A DNA stretch of 64,000 nucleotides. It comes from an uncultured Nitrososphaerales archaeon (GTDB taxonomy: Archaea > Thermoproteota > Nitrososphaeria > Nitrososphaerales > Nitrososphaeraceae). The notes under the pieces were generated by a model. That model was not told where the DNA came from, searched no databases, and saw only the letters and a program-made list of their open reading frames with translations. Below are positions 43,087 through 54,380 of this stretch, piece after piece. Where the stretch lies: NCBI GenBank assembly GCA_963841565.1, contig CAWJCY010000007.1, positions 64,001 through 128,000 on the forward strand, read 5' to 3'. The first letter of the stretch is position 1; the number at the start of each line of letters is the position of its first letter. The position numbers were made by a program, and so were the translations under genes.

Positions 43087-43305
43087 GCACTGAATGCGTA
43101 TTCATTCCTAAATAAAAACCATGCTAAGATACCATAAATGCACGTTGGGATTAGTTGCCTCGCGTCGACGTAACTGGTGTCCAAGCACAAGTCATATTAT
43201 TTGTAAATAGCATCTGTCCTATTCCTGTGTGTATAGAGAGGAGTGCTCACTGGGCTGGTATGTTTCTTATATACAAGCCAATTGTATCTGAATTCGCGAT
43301 TCGAA

Positions 43306-44976
43306 TTGGATTCAAAGGAGAAAGTAAAGAAGGTCGTCCATCATTCCTACACCACATCGCCTAATTACCCCGAGATAATGGCTGGATTACCGGATAATTT
43401 TAAGCAGCTGAATAGGTTGCGGGATCTGTTGGAAATCAATTACAAATACATTTCAGTTCAGGACCAGATGAGAAGAAATTTAATTGCAAGACTGAAGAAT
43501 GGCATTACGCCATTCCCTGGTATAATTGGTTACGAATTAGACGTTCTTCCGTCATTGATACGTGCTATATTAGCAGGACATGACGTTCTATTAATCGGCG
43601 AAATTGGACAAGCAAAGACTCGAATTGCAGAAAGTGTTGCGAAACACTTACTGTCCCCTATCCCGGTCGTTGAAGGATCGCTTATGCATGATATTCCTAC
43701 AAGTATCTCGGAAGATCACCTCGTGGCAATGCTCTCCGACGAAGAGATCCTAAAAACGAGTCCTGATTTTGCTGTCTCAACTGAGTGCGAGAAGACAATA
43801 AGAAATAACAAATTGGACACTCGCATAAAATGGGTGGAAGGCATCCATCGCTACAGGTACTTTCTGGCTACTCCTGACGTCTCGGTTAAGGATTTGGTAG
43901 GACAAATAGATGCAATGAGGATTGCCAAGAAAGGTATTGAAATCTATGATATCGAATCATACACTCCAGGTTATCTTCTTCAAGCGAACCATGGTATGAT
44001 GTGTATAGATGAGCTTCCCGTACTCGATCCCAGAAAGCAGGTGGCGCTGCTTAGCGTACTGCAGGAAGGCAAATTTACAACGGGATCATATCCAATTACA
44101 TTTAGACCAGACATCAGCATTTTTGCAACAGCTAACCCGACCGATTATACCCATTCGGGCAGGATTATTGAACCTCTTTCAGATCGTCTGAGAAGTCATA
44201 TAAAAACACACTACCCAGTTAGCCTGGAGGACGAGATCATGATTATACTGCAGGAGACAAGAGGCGTAAATTCATCACAAATCTTTGTTCCTGTATTTAT
44301 TCTCAGAACTCTAGCCACAATAGTGCAGCATGCCAGATCCAGAAACGAAATAAATCAGGAGAAAGGTGTAAGTGTTAGGATGGGCGTGCACTCAATGGAG
44401 TTACTCATTAGCGAATCGGAAAGAAGCAGATCGCTTTTCCACGCTGTGATTAGTGTGCCCAGATATTCTGACTTTGGCAGTATTCTTCAGGCAGTAAAGT
44501 TTGAGCTTTCCGAAATAGACGACAACTTTGAATCGAGGTCAAAGCTGCTAGGGAAGCTTATCGATGAAGCATTAAAAACGGTTTCACTAGATTATTTGGG
44601 AACTGTTGATTCAAATGAGCTTCAGCTCATACGTAAGGATTTTTCCAATGACAGCAGATTTAACGTGTCGCAAAAAATGTTAGGCATTGATCCTTCTTCA
44701 ACGCGTGACTATCAAGTCCAACTTAAAAAGTTCCCTCATCTGGAACAGTTAGTTGTTAAGACTATCGATCGGATATTGAACGAGCAGAATGAGATCATAG
44801 AAAGGCTGAGGAGACATGATGTGAACAACCATTTTGTTTCGATTCCTCCTAGATTGGATGGAGAGCTTATGGCCTCGGTTACTGAATTAGTGTTGGAAGG
44901 ATTAACATGCACTGAACCGATAGTACTAGAAAAGAAGAGCCTGAGTGAATTTGGATTACATGATTCAAATGAATGA
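43306..44976 (+). CDS. ChlI/Mg-chelatase-like AAA+ ATPase
   Basis: GEIGQAKT Walker A, CIDELP Walker B, ATANP.DY..GRIIEPLSDR. Start uncertain (43243, 43306 or 43378). Confidence 0.82.
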   Translation: MDSKEKVKKVVHHSYTTSPNYPEIMAGLPDNFKQLNRLRDLLEINYKYISVQDQMRRNLIARLKNGITPFPGIIGYELDVLPSLIRAILAGHDVLLIGEIGQAKTRIAESVAKHLLSPIPVVEGSLMHDIPTSISEDHLVAMLSDEEILKTSPDFAVSTECEKTIRNNKLDTRIKWVEGIHRYRYFLATPDVSVKDLVGQIDAMRIAKKGIEIYDIESYTPGYLLQANHGMMCIDELPVLDPRKQVALLSVLQEGKFTTGSYPITFRPDISIFATANPTDYTHSGRIIEPLSDRLRSHIKTHYPVSLEDEIMIILQETRGVNSSQIFVPVFILRTLATIVQHARSRNEINQEKGVSVRMGVHSMELLISESERSRSLFHAVISVPRYSDFGSILQAVKFELSEIDDNFESRSKLLGKLIDEALKTVSLDYLGTVDSNELQLIRKDFSNDSRFNVSQKMLGIDPSSTRDYQVQLKKFPHLEQLVVKTIDRILNEQNEIIERLRRHDVNNHFVSIPPRLDGELMASVTELVLEGLTCTEPIVLEKKSLSEFGLHDSNE

Positions 44977-46343
44977 TTCTGAAAAAAGTTACTTTTTTCA
45001 ACTCTCTCATCTGGGTAGCGATTCCAGAAAATCCAAATTCGAGAATATTGAAGGTTTATTTCAAACGGATATCGATCTCTTATTGAGTATAGTTGGAAGA
45101 GAAGCGTTACGAGAGAAGAGACCTAATCTCCAAGAATTAGATCAGATAATAAGGAATCTTTTAGAACAAGAAAATGCCGGTAAAGAATCCACAAATGGAC
45201 AAGATACCAATGATAATGGACAGGGAGAGGAGAATTCTCGTGATCGAAGTATGGCTTTTCCAATCATTAGAACGCTCCTTCAGGGAGGATATTTAAGAGA
45301 TGATGAAAAGTGGCTCACCTCGAGAGGATTCTCTAGGATTGGTAATTTGATTCTAGGTGACGTGATGAAGGCACTGAAGTTGGGGGAGGCAGGGGCCCAT
45401 AGTACAAAGAACATAGGGGTAGGATCTGTCGTATTGGATACTACTCGTAAATTTGAAGATGGAAACGACATACGGTTGGTCAATATACCATTATCGTTAC
45501 TCAACTGTGTTCTCCGAACGCAAAAAGAGTTTAGCAGGATAGATATTCCACTTCAACTGAAAATGGATGACTTGGAAGAGTATGAGACCCTATACGATGT
45601 CCGAGCCAGTGTAGTATACTGCATCGATTTGAGCTCGACAATGAAATATTCTAGAATGTTTGGGGATTTAAGCAGGATTGAAGCGGCGAAGAAGGCCTTG
45701 TGGAGCTTAGTGATGCTTAACAAAAAGTACTTTCCTAACGATTCCATTTACGTCGTCGGCTTTGGTTCGCTTGCATCTCAAGTAAAAATCTCCGATATTC
45801 CATATCTAAAAACATTCGATGCTGGCTCTGATTTCTTGCATTACACCAATTATCAAGCAGCATTTAGGTTATCCAAGAGAATATTGCTCAAGGAGGGTTC
45901 TGTTAATAAACGAATTATTCTCGTGACTGATGGTCATCCAAGTGCTTGCTTTATGGATGATGCAAAGCGAGCAAGAAAAGATCTTAAAAAGCAGGCCATA
46001 CTCGCATTTTTATCAGCCTGATTCTTCGAGCTTGGATAGCGTTCAGGCCGATTATGATATGAGGCTTGATACTTCAGCGGGAAATCTAGTTTATCTCTGC
46101 TATCGCTATAGGCAGGTTGATAGTTACATTGGTGAACAAACTATAATTGAGGCAGAAAAGTGTCAAAAGAAAGGGATATACATTGACACGTTAATGATTA
46201 GTGAAGAAGATTCACTTTTGGGTTTTGTCAACGATATGGAAAGACGAGTTAAAGGAAGATCTTATTATGTGAGCCCTGAAACCTTAGAGACGGCTCTGCT
46301 TAGTGATTTCATAAGGAACAAGCGGACCATTTTGCATGCATAA
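44960..46343 (+). CDS. vWA-domain protein partnering the ChlI-like ATPase (apparent +1 frameshift at ~45963)
   Basis: CIDLSSTM (MIDAS variant), TNYQAA, LVTDGHPSA; C-terminal part lies in ORF 45930-46343. Confidence 0.82.
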
Positions 46344-46405
46344 CTCTAGAGTTCTGAAATACCTTTTTAAGTCTACTAGACCGAACCACATATCGGTGTT
46401 TATCA

Positions 46406-47216
46406 TTGAGTCAATCATCTTCACCCGTATATTTGGATTGGAACGACGCGTTGCCCGTTCTTAGAAAAGCCTATGACTTGGGGCTATTTACTATGATTAT
46501 AGGACCAAAGGGAACAGGCAAGACCACTCTAGTTAGAGCATTTGGTGCTGAGATTAGCAGAACACTATATCCCGTTAATTTTAGCCTCAGAACTCGAGAG
46601 TCTCATCTCATCGGAACTAAGACCCTTGAAAATGGCGGAGTGGGATTTGTAGATGGAATTCTCGTAGAATCCATGAAGCTTGGAGGACTCCTGTACCTTG
46701 ACGAGCTGAACGCTGCGGAGGCAGACGTGCTTTTGCGGTTGGATGAGGCACTGGATGATAGGAGACAAGTAGTGCTAAAGGAATCTGAGGGTCAGACAAT
46801 AACTGCATCTAAAGGATGGACGGTTATTGCTACAATCAATCCATTATCCCACGTAGGTACCAAGGAACTGCCGCCGCAATTACTCAGCAGATTTCCTGTT
46901 CGTCTCAGGTTGGAATATCCTCCAGAAGAGGTAGAGGTAGACATAATAAAAAGACATACTTCGGTTGAGGACTCTGCGCTGGCATCAGTGAGGATGGGCG
47001 TTAAGCTCAGCTAACAAGCTTCGTGAAGCCGCCGCCGTTGAAGAGCTATATTATAGTCCTAGTATGAGAGAGACAATTGCTTTCTCCAAGCTTATAGAAT
47101 CAGGAAGTGAAGCAAAGTATGCGGCACAATTAGTATTTGCAAACGTCTATGGCCAATGGGGAGAAGTCGAGTATCGAAAAGTAATGGACATGATTACCTC
47201 TATTTTTGGAAACTAG
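46406..47216 (+). CDS. CbbQ/NirQ/NorQ-type MoxR AAA+ ATPase (apparent +1 frameshift at ~47008)
   Basis: GPKGTGKT, LYLDELN, ATINP, LLSRF. Restored C-terminus KLANKLREAAAVEELYYSPSMRE...IFGN*. Confidence 0.88.
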
Positions 47217-47263
47217 ATAGGTTTTTGAGTAGTGTCTCAGGATACAAGTACTAGATACTAAAC

Positions 47264-48856
47264 GTGGACCACATTTCTGCTTTTGAGGGCTTGACCGTCA
47301 GGGATGATGTTCTCATAGAAATAGCTACATTTCTATCGCGTAGATGGTCTGATAGACCTAAAGCACTTGTAACGTTCACAGAAGAGACAAATCCTAAGAC
47401 GAGTCCGGATAAGAGCCAGATTGCTCTTCCTCACCTTCGTGGCTATGCTGGAAATCGATTTCAGAAATATCGTCAGTGGCGTGTATCTTTGTGGTATGAG
47501 TCGATGAGGCTAAAGTATTCAACTAAGGTTCTCAGTTACGACCATGCCTTTGGTTTCGTGTTTAATGCACTCGAAAAGAAACGAATCGAGGTGATAGGCC
47601 TTAATGAATGGCAGGGGATGATAGATGAAATAATATTTGACGAAGGAATTTCGTGGCTTAATAGACCTCTCCTCAATTCGTTGTATGGTGTCCAAAAACT
47701 AATGGAGGGTTTCGGACAACTATTCTTAACTGGTTATATTAAAGGCGAGCTTTTCTCCTCCGAATATCATAAAGTGGCTAAAGCAGTCGAATTGGCTACA
47801 ACAGTTGTACAGGAGGCTCTTGCTTCTGATTATCAGACCAAATGGATAGAAGAGCAAGTTCCGCGGATAATCAAGATCTTGGAGGTCGATCCCTTGATCT
47901 TGGTGCCCTTTTCGACAATACGTTCAAGGTTTGGAATCTCTATGAGTGAATCTGAACTATCTCGACAGATTGAAAAAATAGTTAGGAAAAAACGAACAAG
48001 AGAGCAGAGCATTGAGAAGAGGGTCGACACCATAGTAAGCGGCACAGATATTCTTCCGGAGTATGAGACTTTGGTTCGAGAGAGTAGGAGGCATGAGAAT
48101 GAAGGGTATGAAAATTTGGAGAATATGGGGATTAGCATCCCAAATCGGTTGGATGTCAACGAGAGTCAGGTTTATGACAGTGACCTTATCCATAAGACAA
48201 AGGCAAAATTTAGGGAGTGGCGCACAGGATGGATCGAAAGACATGATCGATTAGGAGACGAATTTGATGCAGAAGCATTTGTTGAATTCAATCCCACACC
48301 ATTCATTGTGGATCTTAAGCTTGCAATCAAGACGAGGGTAATGATCCTCTTAGATCATTCCAGTAGCATTCAGGAAGTAGAGCTGAAATACAAACAAGTC
48401 ACTAATGCTCTATGTGAAGCCCTTTCCTTTTTGGGAGTAAGATTCGCCGTATATGCGTTTAGTACTGATGGTAAACAAGTGAAATGTTGGTTGATAAAGC
48501 CACCGAATTATCGTTGGTCTGCAATTTGTACAAAAAGATTGGCGCAGATAAGGGCGAGTGGGGGGACACCCCTTGCGGAGATCTATGGTTTGCTCGAGCC
48601 AATGGTGAGGTCTTTCAAACCAGAAATCTTTTTTACTCTAACTGATGGCGAACCTTCTGACACTGATGCGGTTCGGCATATGGTGTTATCATTTCGGAAA
48701 ATTGGCAGTCACATGGTCGCGCTTGGATTGGGGAGAAATCTAGATGAAGCCATTTCGATCGGTCAAAATCTAAGATATCTAGATTATGAAAGAAGCTTGG
48801 CCGTAAGTAAATTAGAAGACATTCCGAAAAAAGTCATAGGACTATTGAAAAACTGA
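47264..48856 (+). CDS. NorD/CbbO-like vWA-domain protein
   Basis: LLDHSSS MIDAS, GGTPL, LTDGEP; directly follows the NorQ-like ATPase. Confidence 0.85.
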   Translation: MDHISAFEGLTVRDDVLIEIATFLSRRWSDRPKALVTFTEETNPKTSPDKSQIALPHLRGYAGNRFQKYRQWRVSLWYESMRLKYSTKVLSYDHAFGFVFNALEKKRIEVIGLNEWQGMIDEIIFDEGISWLNRPLLNSLYGVQKLMEGFGQLFLTGYIKGELFSSEYHKVAKAVELATTVVQEALASDYQTKWIEEQVPRIIKILEVDPLILVPFSTIRSRFGISMSESELSRQIEKIVRKKRTREQSIEKRVDTIVSGTDILPEYETLVRESRRHENEGYENLENMGISIPNRLDVNESQVYDSDLIHKTKAKFREWRTGWIERHDRLGDEFDAEAFVEFNPTPFIVDLKLAIKTRVMILLDHSSSIQEVELKYKQVTNALCEALSFLGVRFAVYAFSTDGKQVKCWLIKPPNYRWSAICTKRLAQIRASGGTPLAEIYGLLEPMVRSFKPEIFFTLTDGEPSDTDAVRHMVLSFRKIGSHMVALGLGRNLDEAISIGQNLRYLDYERSLAVSKLEDIPKKVIGLLKN

Positions 48857-48914
48857 ATTCCTTGCGGGACCATCCTGATTTGATTTATATATCAAAACAT
48901 CTTATGTCGCTAAA

Positions 48915-49580
48915 CTATTTTATTAACCTTGGAGATTCACTCCTAATTTTTTCCCAGTCAGAAAGAAACGCTTCCAACCCCTTATCCGTAAGCGGATGTT
49001 TCATCATCTTGCCAAGAATATCAGGCGGAAGCGTAACTACATCTGCTCCAATTTCAGCAGCCTGGACAACATGAACGGGGTGACGTATGCTAGCCACTAA
49101 AACTTTAGTCTTGAGCTGATAGTTTCTGAAAATGCTAACTATACTTTTTACAATTGCCATTCCATCATGTCCGATATCGTCGAGTCTGCCAATGAACGGA
49201 CTTACATATGTAGCCCCTGCCTTAGCTGCCAGTAGTGCCTGATTGGCTGAAAACACTAACGTGACATTCGTAGAGATTCCTTCGCCAGACAGGGTCTTAA
49301 GGGCTTTCAAACCTTCAGGGATCATTGGGATTTTTACTACAACGTTCTCTCCATATTTTTTCAGGTTATGAGCTTCTTCAATCATTTGGCCTGATTCTGT
49401 ACTTATCACCTCTAAACTTACAGGACCGCTCACCATGCCTACAATTGTCTTCATTATTTCTTCAGGTGAACCCTGTTCCTTCGATAACAGTGTTGGGTTG
49501 GTTGTAATCCCATCCAATATACCCATGTCATTGTACCTTCTAATGGAATCAATATTTGCAGTGTCTAAAAAAATCTTCAT
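48915..49580 (-). CDS. tal: Transaldolase / fructose-6-phosphate aldolase family
   Basis: IFLDTAN, GITTNPTL, VVKIP, YVSPFIGR. Confidence 0.93.
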   Translation of the reverse strand: MKIFLDTANIDSIRRYNDMGILDGITTNPTLLSKEQGSPEEIMKTIVGMVSGPVSLEVISTESGQMIEEAHNLKKYGENVVVKIPMIPEGLKALKTLSGEGISTNVTLVFSANQALLAAKAGATYVSPFIGRLDDIGHDGMAIVKSIVSIFRNYQLKTKVLVASIRHPVHVVQAAEIGADVVTLPPDILGKMMKHPLTDKGLEAFLSDWEKIRSESPRLIK

Positions 49581-49587
49581 CCACTCT

Positions 49588-50559
49588 TCACTTCCTCTTC
49601 TTCACTGCCCCAGCGACCTTTTTTGCTACCTTTGTAGGACTTAGTCCATATACATCCAGGAGCAATTCTAGTTCTTCGTCTCTTGCTGATTCACCGAACA
49701 CATCTGAAACGCCAATCCTTTCAATCGGAACTGGATATCGGGAAGAAACAGATTCAGCGACTGCTCCTCCAAGTCCTCCAAAGATATTATGTTCCTCAAC
49801 GGAGACTAATAATCCAGTGTCCTTGGCTGCCTTCTCAAGCAGTTCATCATCAATAGGTTTTACAGTAAACATGTCAATCACACGACAATTCAGTGAGTGC
49901 TCCTCTCTTAAAATTTCTGCTGCTTTTAATGAAGCGGAAACCATTAGACCACAGCCAACTAAAGTTGCGTCATCACCATCGCGAAGAAGATTTCCCTTAC
50001 CCAAACCAAATTCAGCTGTGCTGTCATCGTATAAGACCACACTGGGAGGCCGTGCAAGTCTTACATAAACTGGTCCTCTCGTATGGACAGAAGTACTGAC
50101 AATCTTCTTAACAGAAATCGCATCGGAAGGCACAAGCACCTTCATATTTGGAATTGCTCGCATGGTGGCAAGGTCCTCTATTTGTTGGTGAGATGCACCA
50201 TCTGGACCGACTGTTAGTCCCGCGTGAGAAACAACAAGCTTTACATCCAGGTTAGGAAAGCATATCGCATTACGAATTTGGTCGAGGCATCTGCCCGGAA
50301 GAAATGCGGCGTACGTGCTTGCAAAGGCGATCTTCCCCGCCATAGCAAGGCCAGCAGCAACAGAGACTAGATTTGCTTCAGCAATTCCCACGTTGAAGAA
50401 TCTTTCAGGAAACTTATTACCAAAATTCTTAGTCTTCAATGAATCAGTGGTGTCTGCTCCAACACAAACTATCTTTGGATTTTCCAACCCAGCTTCAACG
50501 AGACTATCGCCGTACGCACTCCTCATGTCAAGAGTCGTCTTTTCTTTACTTAAGAGCAT
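49588..50559 (-). CDS. Transketolase C-terminal subunit
   Basis: NVGIAEAN, GPDGASHQ, VEEH...GGLG. Confidence 0.93.
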   Translation of the reverse strand: MLLSKEKTTLDMRSAYGDSLVEAGLENPKIVCVGADTTDSLKTKNFGNKFPERFFNVGIAEANLVSVAAGLAMAGKIAFASTYAAFLPGRCLDQIRNAICFPNLDVKLVVSHAGLTVGPDGASHQQIEDLATMRAIPNMKVLVPSDAISVKKIVSTSVHTRGPVYVRLARPPSVVLYDDSTAEFGLGKGNLLRDGDDATLVGCGLMVSASLKAAEILREEHSLNCRVIDMFTVKPIDDELLEKAAKDTGLLVSVEEHNIFGGLGGAVAESVSSRYPVPIERIGVSDVFGESARDEELELLLDVYGLSPTKVAKKVAGAVKKRK

Positions 50560-52186
50560 GAATCTCTTCCTCTATTTCCAATTCGTTTGCGAATGGAATC
50601 AATATATGTTTACGGGTTTTAAGCCAGTCTTTGCGAATCCCGATACTAGTCGACAGTTTAAGAAGCTTTTTTTCCAAGACTACGTTTGCTGTATGTTTCA
50701 ATTGTAGTAACGCCCCTTGAATGTCTGGGGTTCCATAGACTGCGTTGCCTGTGACCAGAATTCTAGCCCCCGCTTCATAGACTAGAGGAATTGTCATGGA
50801 GTCTATTCCACCATCTGCCTCAACATATCCTTTGTACCCATTTCTTCTAAGTTCCTTAACTGCATTAATCATTTTTGGAAGAACCTTTGGAATAAATTTC
50901 TGCCCTGGAAATCCAGGATTTACAGATAATATATTTACAACATCTATCGAGTCTAGGTAGTCCCAGATCCAATCCGGTAATGCTGAATCTGGATTAATTG
51001 CGATCCCTGGACTTATACTATTTGATATAAGCTTGCCATTAATTTCTGAAAATTCATCCTGTTTGCACGCCTCAGCGTGGACAGTAATTACATCACATCG
51101 GGCTGCTATGTATTCGTCAATTACTGTTGCCGGGCTTTCTATCATTAGATGAGCATCAAATGGCATTGAAGTTATTTTTCTTAATTTGTGTATGGTATCC
51201 GCAAGAAAAGTATGGTTAGGAACGAATCTTCCATCCATTACATCCAGGTGGATGATGTCCGCTCCTCCCCTTTCGGCCATTCTAATTTTCTCTTCATAGT
51301 TCTCCTTTCCGCCAGCTATGATCGAAGGGGCGATTAAAAACTCACAGTCAAGCTCTTCAAGTAGTATGGGTGTCTGCTTTCTAGGTGGGGCCTTACCATG
51401 CCATTGTGGGTTATTGGTCATATGTTTGATGCCATAGCCTTTGACAGTGTTAGCTATTATGATCGTAGGCTTATCCTTCACATCCAATGACTTGTTAATT
51501 GCATCTATCAATTGCTCTACCTTATGTCCATCTATTTCAATGACGTTCCAATTGAAAGCAAGCCACTTGTCACGGACAGGATCAAGTGGCATTATGTCTT
51601 CAGTAAATCCATCTTGCTGAATTCTGTTACGATCAAGTATTGCAATCAAATTATCCAATCTAAATTTGGACGCTGACATTGCCGCTTCCCACACCTGACC
51701 TTCATTTGACTCTCCATCTCCAATTAGAGTAAATATGTGATTAGCATTTCCGTCTAAACGATTGGCCAGCGCAAGTCCCACAGACACTGATAATCCTATC
51801 CCCTCTGAACCTCCGGAATACTCGATCCCAGGTACACTCCACTTCTGTTGCTCCTCAGAATAACGTACTGGATGACCTTGTAGTCGAGACCCAAATCCGC
51901 GCAGTGATTTGATCTCCTCGATTGGAAAATATCCGGATACAGCCAGTGTAGCATAAAATCCCGGAGCAGAATGTCCTTTAGAATTTATGAAATAGTCTCT
52001 CCCTTTCCAAAACGGATCAAATTGATTATGTACTAATTTCCTGAAGTAAAGTGAGCCCATTATTTCGGCGGCCGAGAAGGAAGCCCCAGGATGACCCGAA
52101 CCCGCCTCGGCAATTCCTTCTATAGCAAGCATCCTGACTGCTCGGATCTTTGTCTTGAGGTCTAAATACCGCATTCTCAAAGTCAT
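50546..52186 (-). CDS. Transketolase N-terminal subunit fused to ribulose-phosphate 3-epimerase
   Basis: SGHPG, SKGH, GDGESNEG (ThDP binding), WHGK, then IAPSI, HLDVMDG.FVPN, DAHLM, NPGFPGQ, DGGI. Confidence 0.92.
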   Translation of the reverse strand: MTLRMRYLDLKTKIRAVRMLAIEGIAEAGSGHPGASFSAAEIMGSLYFRKLVHNQFDPFWKGRDYFINSKGHSAPGFYATLAVSGYFPIEEIKSLRGFGSRLQGHPVRYSEEQQKWSVPGIEYSGGSEGIGLSVSVGLALANRLDGNANHIFTLIGDGESNEGQVWEAAMSASKFRLDNLIAILDRNRIQQDGFTEDIMPLDPVRDKWLAFNWNVIEIDGHKVEQLIDAINKSLDVKDKPTIIIANTVKGYGIKHMTNNPQWHGKAPPRKQTPILLEELDCEFLIAPSIIAGGKENYEEKIRMAERGGADIIHLDVMDGRFVPNHTFLADTIHKLRKITSMPFDAHLMIESPATVIDEYIAARCDVITVHAEACKQDEFSEINGKLISNSISPGIAINPDSALPDWIWDYLDSIDVVNILSVNPGFPGQKFIPKVLPKMINAVKELRRNGYKGYVEADGGIDSMTIPLVYEAGARILVTGNAVYGTPDIQGALLQLKHTANVVLEKKLLKLSTSIGIRKDWLKTRKHILIPFANELEIEEEIHALK

Positions 52187-52675
52187 ATTAAACCCCTCAC
52201 CAACGAGCAACGCACCAATTCTTGTTCAATAAGATTGCGAAGTGATCGAAAATAAAAACATTAGGTTTATCATAGCCATTGTAACTAGCGGCAATTAATA
52301 CTGACCCATGCCATTATGACTCCCATCAGTTCAATATTACGGCTAGTTTGAATATTTGTGCTGGCGATTCAAATTTCCATTGTAATTTTTCAGGGTTGTT
52401 CTTCGCAATTGTTATTTTAACCAAGTTTTCATACAAATTCTCGTAGTTGAATTAGTCTCCGATCCATTCGCATTGCCAGAATGATAAACACCTTGAATGT
52501 ACCCTATTTCAATAGGAATTGTCATCAACGTTAAGTAGGCGTCCAATGATCCATTCAATGCCGTTTAATCAAAATGGAGTAGTGACTTCTGAATGTGGCA
52601 TTTTATAAATTGTGAATATAATATGGACCAAATGTGTGATATACCTTAAAATAAAGTCCTAATAATGAGCACATC

Positions 52676-54196
52676 ATGGTCAAACTCATTGCCGAGCAGA
52701 TTCCTGTTTCTGCCAAACACACGCCCCTATTGGTATTAGGCGTATTTGAGGATGAGGTTGAAGGTATAATGAATGAATTGGATGGGATTAGCACAACGAT
52801 TGTCGAGGTGGTGGAACGAATAGTCAAGGACAAGGAGCATACCGGATCATTTGGAAGTAGCTGCATTGTCCATTGTTTCACAGGCCCTATGCAGAGAATC
52901 ATGCTTTTGGGCCTGGGAGAGAAGAAAAATCTTGACAAGGAAAAAGTTAGAGTTCTTGCGGGAAAGGCCGCTGCGAAAGCAATGGAGATTAATGTTAGTG
53001 AATACAGCATCAAACCTTTTGCACAATTAACCAAGGACTTCACAGAAGCCGTATGCGAAGGGACATGCTTGTCGCTCTATAAGTTCGATCAATATCAGTC
53101 ACAGAAAATTGGCGAATCTTCGCATGGTGCATCACCGGTGAAAGTTAGTCTACTTGTAGACGGTGACAGAGAAAAATGGCAGAGGGTATTGGATACTACA
53201 AAAATAATAAGCGATGCTGTTAATTTCGGAAGAGATTTAGCAAACCTGCCTCCAAACGACTGTTCGCCAGAGTATCTGGCTCGTGTAGCACTAGATCTTT
53301 CTTCAAAACATCAGCGAATCTCAGCTCGTGTAATAGAGCGTTACGAGATGGAATCTCTCGGTCTAAATGGAATTGTTGCTGTGGGCATGGGGAGTAACAG
53401 GCCTCCCAAGCTTGTCATTGTAGAATATAGGGGAAACGAAGATAGCAGCACAAATGTACCATATCTCTTTGTAGGAAAGGCTGTTACCTTTGATACGGGC
53501 GGAATATCTATCAAGCCGTCGGAGCGAATGGAAGAAATGAAATTTGACAAAACAGGTGGATGTGATGTCTTAGCAATAATAAGCGGTCTGGCAAATCTTG
53601 AGGTGAAGGCAAATGTGATAGGAATCATCCCCTGCGTAGAGAACATGCCTTCAAGTTCAGCATATAGGCCAGGAGATATAGTGAGGATGTATAATGGGAA
53701 GACAGTAGAGGTTATTAATACTGATGCTGAGGGAAGACTTATTCTAGCAGATAGTATCGCGTATGGAATAGAAAAATACAATCCTAAATCCATCATTGAT
53801 TTGGCAACTTTGACTGGAGCGTGTATTGTAGCTCTTGGCTCTAATATTGCCGGGGCACTCACCAATAGCCCTGAATTGTTCGATAAGCTGAGACGGATTA
53901 GTGAAAAAACTAATGAAAAATTCTGGGAGTTACCGCTCTATCCTGAATTTAATGAGCAGATTAAGAGTAAATTTGCCGATATAAAAAATATTGGAGGCCG
54001 TGCAGGAGGGACCATTACAGCGGCAATTTTCCTTTCTAACTTTGTAAACAAAACTCCTTGGATACATCTTGATATAGCAGGAACGGCATGGACTCAGGAT
54101 GGAACATGGGATAAGAGTTACAATCCAAAGGGAGCAACGGGCTTCGGTATCCGTTCACTGATTAGGTTAGTCCTAGACGAGTCGGGTTCAAAGTGA
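52676..54196 (+). CDS. pepA: Leucyl aminopeptidase (M17)
   Basis: VGKAVTFDTGG, MKFDK.G, NTDAEGRL, ATLTGA, HLDIAG. Confidence 0.95.
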   Translation: MVKLIAEQIPVSAKHTPLLVLGVFEDEVEGIMNELDGISTTIVEVVERIVKDKEHTGSFGSSCIVHCFTGPMQRIMLLGLGEKKNLDKEKVRVLAGKAAAKAMEINVSEYSIKPFAQLTKDFTEAVCEGTCLSLYKFDQYQSQKIGESSHGASPVKVSLLVDGDREKWQRVLDTTKIISDAVNFGRDLANLPPNDCSPEYLARVALDLSSKHQRISARVIERYEMESLGLNGIVAVGMGSNRPPKLVIVEYRGNEDSSTNVPYLFVGKAVTFDTGGISIKPSERMEEMKFDKTGGCDVLAIISGLANLEVKANVIGIIPCVENMPSSSAYRPGDIVRMYNGKTVEVINTDAEGRLILADSIAYGIEKYNPKSIIDLATLTGACIVALGSNIAGALTNSPELFDKLRRISEKTNEKFWELPLYPEFNEQIKSKFADIKNIGGRAGGTITAAIFLSNFVNKTPWIHLDIAGTAWTQDGTWDKSYNPKGATGFGIRSLIRLVLDESGSK

Positions 54197-54380
54197 AGGA
54201 CGAGCATCTAGCCATTTAGTTACTGTTCGGAATTAACGACATGAAGACTGATCGAAATCAACCAAAAATTGGATCGCCCTTGATAGCTCCCTTCAGGATA
54301 TAAAGGTGTCCGGCAATTATAGTATCTGTCAATGGTGATCCTGCATTCCAATTTTTCAGATAGACTCGCTAATTGATGGC

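Noticed and set aside
50546-52186. Transketolase-N/Rpe fusion as a novelty
   Set aside because: To my knowledge this fusion is a regular feature of ammonia-oxidising archaea.
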